64,000 nucleotides of DNA, taken from positions 6,548 to 70,547 of the forward strand of contig VBBP01000053.1 of NCBI GenBank assembly GCA_005884195.1. The letters run 5' to 3'. A program made the translations under genes and the position numbers. Shown here piece after piece: positions 37,190-46,858 of this stretch. Each line of letters starts with the position of its first letter. The first letter of the stretch is position 1. The notes beneath the pieces are model-generated. The model was not told the DNA's origin. It ran no database searches and saw only the letters and a list, made by a program, of their open reading frames with translations. Origin of the DNA: Candidatus Bathyarchaeota archaeon. Lineage in GTDB: Archaea; Thermoproteota; Bathyarchaeia; 40CM-2-53-6.

Positions 37190-39322
37190 TCATCCCAGTT
37201 CCTCGTTAGCGTAGATCTGGTCCGTGCCCGTTGAGTACACTAGATTGAAATTTTGGGCGATGGAAGCGGTATAGTTCTCCCTAGCCTGTATGTAGAAGGC
37301 TGAGTTGGTGCCGAACCGCAGAGTGTAGAGGTTCTGCCAGTAGCTCGTTGTTATGATATAGCTCGCGGAACTATCTGCAGGTGTGTAGGTTAGGTTAAAC
37401 CCTGGGACAGTTGGATCGGTTCCGGGCTTGACATAGCCTCCAGGCTGGTTGGCCATGTTGTTCTGTTCTAGCTTTGGCTCTCTTATCGCTCCATTCAATC
37501 CAGCATAGAACCTCCATCCATCTTCATCCGGATGAAGGAATAGCAGAGAGTGCTGTGTCTCCAATCCCGCCCCGATGTTTGAAACGTACAGGGACGAGCC
37601 GGAAATGTACTCGATAGGGTCGACCCCGTATCTCGTAATGGGAATGATTGCGGAAAATAGAACCAACATTATGATGAATCCTATCTTCAAGAACCGGAAG
37701 AGGTTAACCCCCCCTAGTGTCAGCACCGCCCTCCGCTCAAGAAGCCAGGCCGTCAGAACCACAAAAGGGAACAGAGCAAACAGGTAACTTCTCTGTAACA
37801 CGTCCGTCCTGCCAAAGACAGCAATAGGTATGGTGGAGACGGCTGCGAGGAAGAGACCACCTAGAAAGAGTTCTCTCGGCTGGAGTTTCCGGAAGAGCGC
37901 AAAGTATGCAAGACCTACGGCCCATACCATTACAGAGACGCCTTGTTCTGAAAGAACTGCCAGTCCGTAGCTGTATGACGGGGTCGCAGCAACATTCAAG
38001 GTCCGTGTCGTGGCTCCGAGAGGCAGTCCTAGGAGTGATTGGAGGGCTCTATCCACAAGTGACGTCTGAACCAGGGTTCGAGCATCGATGGCGATGTCGG
38101 CCCACCAGAAGAGAATGATCCCGACAAGAACAAGGGACGGTAGGGCAAACTTCGAGACTTGCTGGTTGAACGTCTGCCTGGACCTTAGTAAGGAGAGGAC
38201 TAGGAAGCCGGCCAGTCCGAGGCTAACGACCAGGGGGGTTTCCGGATGGCTGGCAACAAAGATGGGCGTTGACGCTAAGCCTAGAATCGTCCAGAGCTTT
38301 CTTCGAGGTTCATCATCTATTATCTTTACGAAGAGCAATATTGCTCCAAGATAGAGGATCAGCTCCAGGCTTTGGGGTGAGATGTGGAGCTGGAACCAAA
38401 GCCCGCTCAAGAGGACTGCTGAGGCAAGTGAGGCATATCGCGGGCTATGCGTCCTCGCAACGACGTATACGAGAAACACAACCACAAGAGATAGACCCAG
38501 AGGATAGAATCTCATCAGCTGAAAGGGGTCGATTCCAGCAACAGACACGAGTTCGCCGATGAACGCGAAGGCCCCTGGAAACTGGTGAACATACCAGTTG
38601 GGAGAGGTCGGCCATCCTTGATAGTTGAGAAGATCTAGGGCGTTTCCCGTGTGATAGTAGGTGTCGAGGAATCTTGCGTCTTGGTACGTAAACGATGGGA
38701 GCCCGATCAGGTAGAAGGCAAGCAGGAATAGTGCGGAAAGGTCTAGTCCAGTCTGGGCTCGCCCACGAAGATTTGATCGAGTGAAGAGCAAGGCTAGTGT
38801 GGCCGCGAGCCCCCACCAGTATGTAGTCGGCAGGTGAGAATAGTAGTAGAAACTGTTTGCTGTGAATATTGTGATCCGGAAGACTGAGGCTGTGATGAGC
38901 CAGAGTGAGATCGCTTGAGTCGAGAGTAGGAGTATTACGGCGATCGTCCTTATCTCGACCGTTTCATAAATCGGTCTCGCTCCCGAAAACGGGGACGGCC
39001 TCTCTATTTTCGCTTCAACTTCAGGTTCTAGTTCAATTTCTTTCTTGTCGATCTGTTTGATTTTCGGCTTCCGCTTTACTCCTTCGCTTTCCAGCTGAAT
39101 GATCCAGTATCCAGTGACGAGAAATAGCTCGGTGATAGCGCCCCCGACAATCCACCTATCTAGCAGCACAAAACCGAACGGGAAGTTCTGAGCTAGCCAT
39201 GCACTGAAGTACGAGTTTGAGTGACTCTCGAGGTAGATCCAGTACAATAGGAGAGTAATGATGACGCTTTGTGAAACTAGAAGTATCTCCGTTCTCCGCT
39301 TATTTGACACGTTTCTTCTCAT
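37190..39322 (-). CDS. Polytopic membrane protein, GT-C/polymerase-like
   Basis: More than 12 TM; D.YYH and FPG loop motifs, SPQS, HP; lies in a glycan locus. Confidence 0.65.
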   Translation of the reverse strand: MRRNVSNKRRTEILLVSQSVIITLLLYWIYLESHSNSYFSAWLAQNFPFGFVLLDRWIVGGAITELFLVTGYWIIQLESEGVKRKPKIKQIDKKEIELEPEVEAKIERPSPFSGARPIYETVEIRTIAVILLLSTQAISLWLITASVFRITIFTANSFYYYSHLPTTYWWGLAATLALLFTRSNLRGRAQTGLDLSALFLLAFYLIGLPSFTYQDARFLDTYYHTGNALDLLNYQGWPTSPNWYVHQFPGAFAFIGELVSVAGIDPFQLMRFYPLGLSLVVVFLVYVVARTHSPRYASLASAVLLSGLWFQLHISPQSLELILYLGAILLFVKIIDDEPRRKLWTILGLASTPIFVASHPETPLVVSLGLAGFLVLSLLRSRQTFNQQVSKFALPSLVLVGIILFWWADIAIDARTLVQTSLVDRALQSLLGLPLGATTRTLNVAATPSYSYGLAVLSEQGVSVMVWAVGLAYFALFRKLQPRELFLGGLFLAAVSTIPIAVFGRTDVLQRSYLFALFPFVVLTAWLLERRAVLTLGGVNLFRFLKIGFIIMLVLFSAIIPITRYGVDPIEYISGSSLYVSNIGAGLETQHSLLFLHPDEDGWRFYAGLNGAIREPKLEQNNMANQPGGYVKPGTDPTVPGFNLTYTPADSSASYIITTSYWQNLYTLRFGTNSAFYIQARENYTASIAQNFNLVYSTGTDQIYANEELG

Positions 39323-39536
39323 CCTTTCCGATCATGCAATGCGGCTCTTTAGGCGGCAGCTTGCTTCCATCTTGTTTCTCGACAAGTGAGGGCGCAGCTC
39401 TTAGGAGAAAAATCTTCAGATAGTGCAATCGCGTTATGTCCAAACTAATCTAGGGTCAGAATTATTGGTTACGGATCCAATCCGGACCGACACTACTACA
39501 TCAGCGTCCGAGTTCATGACATAGGCCGACGCTGGA

Positions 39537-40223
39537 TCATTTCCAAATTGGCCTGTTCACGAGAGCAGATGCTAGTTGACGAAAGTTGAAAACCCTCATG
39601 CGCCACAGACTGGCATATGTGCCGAACAGTCTAGTTTGTCCTCTCCGAATGTCATTTAGAGGGTCGTCGCAGATTATTCCAGCCTTTCCGACTGTTCTAA
39701 CCCAGTGAGAGTCGCTGCCTGCCGTTGCAGGACGACCATTCGTCCGCGCGAGAGACACTGCTTGCACGTTGGCAAGACCTCTGTTTGTCGCGTTAAAGAC
39801 TTCTATTCCATCTGTCTTTAGACATTCTTCACGGAGAGAAGGTCGAACCCGGCGTGAAAACGGATGAGATGCAATTGCAATTCCTCCCAGATCATGAATC
39901 CTCTCCACGGTCTCTTCCACACTCAGCCTCTTCGGGACGTCGGTCTCGATGCCAATCGCGAGTATGTGACCAGACTGGCTTGATATTTCGGCTCCTGGAA
40001 TGACTCTGAAGTTTCTGTACTTTCGTGCCGCTTTTTTCCCTACTAGGCCTCCCATCACGTTGTCATGGTCGGTAATTATCATGCCATAGACGCCCTTTCG
40101 AATAGCAGCCTCTATCATCTCACGTGGCGTGTTCAGTGCATCGAAACGACGTCGACGTCGGTTACTGTAAATCGTATGACAGTGAGTTTCCCACTTCAAG
40201 ACAAAACGTTCCCGCTTGATCAA
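39537..40223 (-). CDS. PHP domain phosphoesterase
   Basis: HCHT, ITDHD, GAE, GH, SHP, GSDSH. Confidence 0.92.
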   Translation of the reverse strand: MIKRERFVLKWETHCHTIYSNRRRRRFDALNTPREMIEAAIRKGVYGMIITDHDNVMGGLVGKKAARKYRNFRVIPGAEISSQSGHILAIGIETDVPKRLSVEETVERIHDLGGIAIASHPFSRRVRPSLREECLKTDGIEVFNATNRGLANVQAVSLARTNGRPATAGSDSHWVRTVGKAGIICDDPLNDIRRGQTRLFGTYASLWRMRVFNFRQLASALVNRPIWK

Positions 40224-40381
40224 TTTCGTGCCGGTTAAACTGTCATTTTGATCATTTTAGCCGGTCCGACTCTTTCAATCACGCAACTTACATGGTGCAG
40301 AAGAACAAGCAGGGTCAGGACTGCCTCCAAATCTTTCAGGATAAGATCACGGTTCCTATGGAAAGGCCGCTCATGAAAAAG

Positions 40382-41596
40382 CTAACCTGAGGAGGGGAGT
40401 GCTGGGGATTGGGAAGCCATGCGAGGCCTGGCACGAGTTTTGCGTCTGAATGCAACTAGACTAATCGCCGCTACAGCAATCACAATACCTCCAATGATAA
40501 TGGTTGCTATGGGGAGCCATGCCTGATTGTTAGGGGGGATTAGGAATTCTGACATTGACGTTGCCTGTCCATCAGTTGTCTGATTGAATGGCTGAAGTCC
40601 CCAATTGTTCTCGATGGTTTTGAGGAAAGAGTAGTGGGAATATTGGATAGATGACTTGTAATGAGTCTTTACGATTGGCCCTGCCCAGATGCTCGTCACA
40701 TAGTCCCGGGGATATGTATGCGCACCCTCATCATATGTTATGAAGAGAGCCGCTCTCTGCGTGGTGAAGACATTACTACTGAGAATTTGGGGAACAAGTT
40801 CAGACAGATAGAGGTTTTGTTGCGTGGTAGCGTTGTTGTATGGAGAGCACAAGTCGTGTCCGTCGTCACACAGGTTTGGCGTGAGCCACATCAAGTTTGA
40901 AGCCGTTGTCGTTGAGGATAGGTCGCCGACAAACCGATCATCAGGATATCCCGTCCCAGAGTTTGCGGGCACTATTCTGGCGCAGCTGCTGGTATTGTTG
41001 ATGACGTCGTTGTAGTAAACAAATGGGTCGTGCTGGCTGTCATAGTTGTTCGATACACCGCCGTACCCGACGTAGCAGCTTCCTGCCGAACAGTTAGTTT
41101 GGGATTGGAATGCACACGATGTAGGGTAGTCTTCCATGTAGGCCTTCCAGGTCATCCCTGCGGATTCCATTCTGTCAACAATGTTTGGCGAGGTGATTGG
41201 AAAGGGACTGATCTGTTTTCCGCAATAAGTCATAGAGGAAGGCAGTGGGCTGCAATCGCCTGGAAGGCCTTGGAGGCCATATGTTGAGCCACTGGTGAGT
41301 GCAAGGTAGTTCGGAAGACTGTCGTGTATGACCGCTGAGTAGCCCTCTGCGAGACCATATTGATCGGCGAGTTGAGTTATGTAAGAACAGTTGCCCCTAC
41401 ATGCGGAGCCATATGTAGCGTCGATGCCTCGGTTCTCAAGAATTATGACAACAACATAGTTGAAGAGCGTGCTGCTAGCGCCAGCCGTTTGAGCCGGAAG
41501 ACTGACCAAAGGGCTGGTAACCGCCATGGCCAAGAGGATTAGCATGGCAACAGGTCGGTTTTGTAGCACCGGTCGTAATACCGCCAGATTATACAC
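40382..41596 (-). CDS. Secreted, membrane-anchored phosphoesterase (acid phosphatase/PLC family)
   Basis: IILENR, SLPNYLALTSG, HDPF, DDGHD, ITYDEG, HYS.LKTIE; C-terminal TM plus basic tail. Confidence 0.88.
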   Translation of the reverse strand: MYNLAVLRPVLQNRPVAMLILLAMAVTSPLVSLPAQTAGASSTLFNYVVVIILENRGIDATYGSACRGNCSYITQLADQYGLAEGYSAVIHDSLPNYLALTSGSTYGLQGLPGDCSPLPSSMTYCGKQISPFPITSPNIVDRMESAGMTWKAYMEDYPTSCAFQSQTNCSAGSCYVGYGGVSNNYDSQHDPFVYYNDVINNTSSCARIVPANSGTGYPDDRFVGDLSSTTTASNLMWLTPNLCDDGHDLCSPYNNATTQQNLYLSELVPQILSSNVFTTQRAALFITYDEGAHTYPRDYVTSIWAGPIVKTHYKSSIQYSHYSFLKTIENNWGLQPFNQTTDGQATSMSEFLIPPNNQAWLPIATIIIGGIVIAVAAISLVAFRRKTRARPRMASQSPALPSSG

Positions 41597-42034
41597 GCTT
41601 CCGTTTCTGCTCCTATTCTACCTTTCGCGCCGAACTTGAGTGCTGGAGTCCACTGATACCTTTGGCAACAGTTTGATACACTAAGAAGTCTCGCCTCTTA
41701 CAACAGCCCAGACTAGGAGTCCAAAGAAAAATAGACTACAGTACAGGGTTACCTTCGATCGCAATCGGGCTCATCTTGGAACGCAGAAGGAGAACGTAGG
41801 CTGCCTGGAAAATCTTTCCTATTCAGACACACCTTCTAGAGGGTAACAGGCGGAAGCAAAGGGTAAGGTCTTAATGCCGAGAGGCTTGCCGAGTTCAGTT
41901 AGCCGAGTCGAGCGCATAGAAATCCGACGCCGACGCAAGCATATTCCTGGACGCTGGCTTTCCATGGATCTTTCACAAAGGTGACGGAGAGCCTTTGTCC
42001 GCGAAACTCCATCATGATTTGGTGTGGAAGAAAG

Positions 42035-42187
42035 ATGATAGGCGAGCGAGACTGTGTTTGGTGTGGAAAGCCATGTACTCGAGTCGTTCAGGCTACTGAA
42101 TCGAGGTTCGCGACATTCTGGCGCTGCGAGGACGATTATCCTAAGAGGGACGAAATCAAGAAACAGCGGAAGGCCAATTCGCATTGA
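42035..42187 (+). CDS. Putative zinc-finger microprotein (50 aa)
   Basis: MIGERDCVWCGKPC...WRCEDD. Confidence 0.4.
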   Translation: MIGERDCVWCGKPCTRVVQATESRFATFWRCEDDYPKRDEIKKQRKANSH

Positions 42188-42359
42188 GAAAAGTATTTTC
42201 TCCGCTCGCTCTCGCCACCATCTTCAACGTACCCTAACGGTGGCCCTAAAGTAGGCGTTTAGGCAGCAGTGACTAGGACCAGGTTTCCATTGCGCTAGCG
42301 AAGAGTCTCGGTCTGTCAGGTTTGCGAGGGCTCGATTCCAGAGAAGGACAGTGCAGCGG

Positions 42360-42617
42360 TCATTCTTTCGCCCATCCTTTCTCTATCCCCAGGGCTCTGG
42401 CCCATTTCTGAAACTCCTCAAAAGGCATTTCTTGGCGACCTTCGGCCTCTTCTTCGAGTTCAACCATGACGTCCTGAATCAGCTTGATCCAATAGGATAT
42501 CCTGTGGCGTTCCCTCTGGTCTATCATCTGTTGTAACTTGGCGTAGTTGCGCACCAAGAACCTGTTGACCCTTTCAACTCCTCGCCCATCCCCTATAATG
42601 CGCTTGTGTATCTCTTC
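42360..42617 (-). pseudogene. Helical fragment, possibly a winged-helix remnant
   Basis: Open frame without a good start; IKLIQDVMVELEEEAEG..MPFEEF..WARALGIEK recalls MCM C-terminal winged helices. Confidence 0.3.
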
Positions 42618-43044
42618 TTAGCACTCCGATTTCTGCAATATTCCAAGCAGGGAAGCAAACCGGTTTCTCGGTTTGAGAGGGCGAGTTCCCGGTCCGTCTT
42701 CGTTCCTCCACTACTCGGAGAAGTTTTCAACAGAGTGTGTGATACATTCAGAAGGGAACTGACCTCAGTTCCGCAAATGGGTATGCCCCGATATATCGGA
42801 TTCGGAGAACACTTAATCCCGAACATAGTTTCATGCTGACATCACTTGTGCCCATATGTGTACGCTAAAGCTTTCTTTTTATTTCAGAGGACGCTTAACG
42901 ATGCTTGTGGGGCATGATAGGCTTGAAACTGATGGTGCGTATGCGAGGGATCAATCGCGTCAATCCTAGAAGAAAACTGAGAGCCCATGCGCCTATCCGT
43001 CGAATGAGGTTTCTTGCGAGCGGAACCTAGGGGGACAAAATCAA

Positions 43045-43614
43045 ATGGATGCGCTAGCCATACTCATCCTTGCAAATGCCCTGGCACTAATCGTAACAAC
43101 TATAGCGTTCAGCCGTTCCCTGCATCGCTTGCTGAGGACTAGAAACCCCAAACTCGCATTTTCGTTCAAGCGACGATATGCCGTTGCAATAGTGCTTGGA
43201 GGGGTGATGGTCACAGGGGTTTATGGTGCAACCCTGCTACAGCATACTTTCCCTGCTACGCCTGGTGGCAGCTCTCAAGTCATAACCACGATATGCACAA
43301 CGCTAACCTTAGAGACTGTAGGCATGGTGACAAGTTTCTCGGAAAGTATGCTATTCAATTGCGGGCTTTCAGCCGCCGCGATCACTGGTAATCGGGATGG
43401 AACGTCAACCCCAACCTTCACGCTTCCGGCAGGAGCCAACTCGCTCAGCCTGGTAAACCATATGGACAACGCGATTATCTGTGGCGGAGGAAGCAATATT
43501 GCTAGTGGTTCACCGCATGCTTTCAGCGCAACCGACTCGCTAGATTATTGCTTAACATCGAACAGCTATCCGAGCGGTGGAATAGCTTCGTTTAAAGTGA
43601 CATGGAGCCAGTAG
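43045..43614 (+). CDS. Secreted/membrane beta-rich protein with four Cys
   Basis: Hydrophobic N-terminus ending VYGA, Ser/Thr-rich domain ending F.VTWSQ. Confidence 0.7.
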   Translation: MDALAILILANALALIVTTIAFSRSLHRLLRTRNPKLAFSFKRRYAVAIVLGGVMVTGVYGATLLQHTFPATPGGSSQVITTICTTLTLETVGMVTSFSESMLFNCGLSAAAITGNRDGTSTPTFTLPAGANSLSLVNHMDNAIICGGGSNIASGSPHAFSATDSLDYCLTSNSYPSGGIASFKVTWSQ

Positions 43615-43615
43615 A

Positions 43616-43738
43616 ATGAACTCTGTGCGACTGGCTCTAATCGTGCTACTGTCTTTGACCGTGATACTGGCTGGGGTGGTGGTCGGTCGGACAATCCTTT
43701 TCTCTCATAACTTTCCAACTACTCCACCTGGCATATGA
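43616..43738 (+). pseudogene. Truncated tandem paralogue of the 43045 gene (40 aa)
   Basis: Signal-like helix followed by TILFSHNFPTTPPG, versus TLLQHTFPATPGG in the upstream protein. Confidence 0.5.
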
Positions 43739-43813
43739 GCCAGGATTTGGGCGAGATCCAGAACGCTGAAGTGCGAGCCGTTGTTTACGTGAACCTAGGA
43801 AAAGGGAAAATAA

Positions 43814-44005
43814 TTGGTTCAACAGACTTCGGAGAAATCGCGGTCGTGGGTCGGCGTCATCATATTCGCGCTGGGAATTGGAGTCGTCATGGGCATCTAT
43901 ACGGCTGACTATCGGGTTGGGCTCATCTTCGGGTTCTTTGGCGGGCTATTAGTCGCAACAGGACTGTACATTCTAGCATCGGGGGGAAAGAGATTGAATC
44001 TGTGA
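43814..44005 (+). CDS. Small two-TM membrane protein
   Basis: 63 aa with two hydrophobic helices. Confidence 0.6.
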   Translation: MVQQTSEKSRSWVGVIIFALGIGVVMGIYTADYRVGLIFGFFGGLLVATGLYILASGGKRLNL

Positions 44006-44446
44006 GCCAATCAAAGCTTGAAACCCCAGATTCCTCATATGAGCCGCGCTCAATGTGTAATTGAATATAGCCAGACACTGCGATCACCACGATGGTTGAC
44101 CGTGTTGGCTCACCAGATCCATTCACCAGATCTGACTCATTGAGAAAGACCAATGGCGCCTGAAGGAGCATTTCCCCTAATGTTCTGAGATATGCTCGTA
44201 ACAGACGCTGGCGTCGCGAAGACATTGCCGCATGGACCGAAACGGTTGAACATTCCCAGTCATAAAATCCCGCAACCCAAGGCTGGCGTGAGCCGGGGAT
44301 ACCCAGTTTTGACAAGAGTGCGGTAAAAAGGGTCCCTCTTTTCGAGTCGGCCTCCGATCTTTACGGTGCTCAGAGACGTTTGAGCCGCCGTTCTTCAATG
44401 CGTGGTTACGTAAAGGGAAAGAGCTCAAATCGTCCTCCTCAAGCTA

Positions 44447-46777
44447 TTGCCTCAAAGCGGGCAGGCAGGTCTTAGAAAAGAACCTGGTCTGTCAAACGAC
44501 GGCCTAAATATGTTCCCAATGAAATGCCATATCAAACCAGTCCTCTTGTGCTCCCTAGGCCTGATAGGGCTGGTTGTCTTCCCACGTGTCTCATTAGTCA
44601 ATCTAGTTGCCTCCCAAACTCGTGAACACGTCCCAACGACACAATATGATTCACCGATTATTGGAGCTTCAATTGGTGGAGTTGTTCCCGCTTATGATTC
44701 CAGTCAGCTTCCGATAATCCAAGGATGGGGAGGCGTTACTTTGGACGAGGTTACAAATGGGCAACTTCAACCCACACTTCAGAGACTAAACCAGTCAGGA
44801 TACAACGGAGTACGGATAGGGTTCAGCGGAAGCGTTACACAATGCTCCTCCGGAGAGCTCGGTTCCTGGAATCCAGACTGGTTCAATCAGACCTTACAGG
44901 CTGTCCGACAGTACAACATGTGGGTTGTTCTTGACTATCACAGCTACCTGGACCTTGTCAACAGTGCATGTCAAACAGAATGGCTGTCCTTTTGGGGTGG
45001 TGTTTTGTCAGCTAAATGGGGCTACGATAGAATCGTTTGGGAACCAATCAACGAGCCCGCAGGGTCCGTCGTCGTCTTGTCTTCAGCATACCAGGCATGG
45101 ATCACTCTCGCACGAGGCCTTGGTGACAAGCACTGGATTGCGGTCGAGAATACGATAAGCAATGATGGCTGCAATTTTGACCCGCTTTCACTTGTAAACT
45201 GCTATCCTGTCGTGACTGACCCATTGAACGAGACATTTCTATCAATCCATCCGTACTTCTTCTATGATCTCTGGTCAGGTACTAGCAACACCTACGGAAA
45301 CTGTGGCCCAAGCAGCACAAATACTTGGAGCAACAGTACAGCCGAATGCGTTGCCAACATCTACAACCAAGGAATGCTTCAGGCAAGCAGCAAATATCAC
45401 ATGCCCATACTGGACACTGAGGGTGGAGCGGTATACTATAGCTGCAACAATGTCTGTGCCAATCCGCCAGATGCTGTCGGAACGGATGATGCCAGCTACT
45501 CGTACACAACATTCCATTTCATTCAATATCTTACCAACCTGATGCAATCCGAGAAAATGGGCTGGTTATGGTGGGAGGCAGGCGAAGGATCTTGCTGCGG
45601 GGCCCTTGATACCTGGGGAAACCTGCTCAGATTTCAACCAGTGAACCCGCCCCCGTCGCAGGACACTCCTCCGACCCTCCAAATCCCTTATGGAGAGAGC
45701 GTAAGTGTCGGGTCCACCCTTTTGTTCAAAGTCAACGCTTTCGACCCTGACATACCTCTTCAGAATCTAACCCTGTCGTGCTCCAACTGTCCGGTAGGAG
45801 CTGGATTCCCGAAAGCCGTCGGTCTAGGCTACGTCACTGGGAATTTCAACTGGACGCCCAAATCTTCAGACGTAGGCCAACACAATATTACATTCTCAGT
45901 CTCTGACGGGAACAAGAGTTCGATGACGGCAATTCTGATCACTGTCTATCCGGCAAACGAGCCGCCGCACAATATTCCGCCAGTTTTGGTAATTCCTGGG
46001 AATGAAACTGTGACCGTGGCCTCAAAAGTCACATTTGCTGTAGATGCTACGGACAATAGTGCGCCTCCGCAAACGCTCGTCCTGACCTGTTTTGACTGTG
46101 CTTCCTTAGACGCCACATTCTCCGCGGTAACGGGTACCTCACCGGTCATAGGGACCTTCGACTGGGGTCCAAGCAGCCAGCGAGTTCCTGGAATGTATCA
46201 TGTCCATTTCGGAGTTACTGACGGAATCAATGCGACCGTAGCAGTCGTTCCAATAACGATAGTCAAGGCGTACATCGGATTGACGGCGTCAGTATATCCA
46301 AGGAACACTACCCTTGGACTCACACCAGCGTCTGTTTCCGACAACGCGATTCTGGCTGGTGGTTTCAATCCAACGGGAGCAATCACGTTTCTTGTCTTTT
46401 TTTCCAATGCAAGTTGTACGGGGATTCCGCTATTCTCGTCGACTGTGCTCGTAAGTGGGGAGGGTAACTACGCCTCAAAACCGTTTACGCCTCAAGCTCC
46501 GGGAACGTACCAGTGGGAGACTTCGTACACCGGGGACTTGAACAACTTTCCCGCCGAAACTCAATGCGGCCACGCTAGCGAGATCGCGACAGTTAAGTCA
46601 GCTACTCCTACACCACAGCCGCCTCCATCCAACCAGTCTAACCCATCACCCGAGTTCTCGTTTCTTGCAGCACCAATCTTTTGGCTCGCGATCGGCGGAG
46701 TCGCCGGGATAGTGGTGATAGCGGGGACGATTGTCTTGAGAAACAGGACCAAAGTGAAACTATCTATGCTGGCTTGA
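44447..46777 (+). CDS. Membrane-anchored GH5-like glycoside hydrolase with Ig-like domains
   Basis: VLDYH, WEPINEP (acid/base), HPY, DTEGG (nucleophile); He_PIG-like repeats; C-terminal TM. Start may be ATG 44510. Confidence 0.8.
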   Translation: MPQSGQAGLRKEPGLSNDGLNMFPMKCHIKPVLLCSLGLIGLVVFPRVSLVNLVASQTREHVPTTQYDSPIIGASIGGVVPAYDSSQLPIIQGWGGVTLDEVTNGQLQPTLQRLNQSGYNGVRIGFSGSVTQCSSGELGSWNPDWFNQTLQAVRQYNMWVVLDYHSYLDLVNSACQTEWLSFWGGVLSAKWGYDRIVWEPINEPAGSVVVLSSAYQAWITLARGLGDKHWIAVENTISNDGCNFDPLSLVNCYPVVTDPLNETFLSIHPYFFYDLWSGTSNTYGNCGPSSTNTWSNSTAECVANIYNQGMLQASSKYHMPILDTEGGAVYYSCNNVCANPPDAVGTDDASYSYTTFHFIQYLTNLMQSEKMGWLWWEAGEGSCCGALDTWGNLLRFQPVNPPPSQDTPPTLQIPYGESVSVGSTLLFKVNAFDPDIPLQNLTLSCSNCPVGAGFPKAVGLGYVTGNFNWTPKSSDVGQHNITFSVSDGNKSSMTAILITVYPANEPPHNIPPVLVIPGNETVTVASKVTFAVDATDNSAPPQTLVLTCFDCASLDATFSAVTGTSPVIGTFDWGPSSQRVPGMYHVHFGVTDGINATVAVVPITIVKAYIGLTASVYPRNTTLGLTPASVSDNAILAGGFNPTGAITFLVFFSNASCTGIPLFSSTVLVSGEGNYASKPFTPQAPGTYQWETSYTGDLNNFPAETQCGHASEIATVKSATPTPQPPPSNQSNPSPEFSFLAAPIFWLAIGGVAGIVVIAGTIVLRNRTKVKLSMLA

Positions 46778-46858
46778 CTGTTCCACAATTTCCGGGTCGT
46801 AAGATCTTCTGAGAAGTGAAGACTCGAGTTGGCACGACGGAGTCCGCGACCTTCAGAA

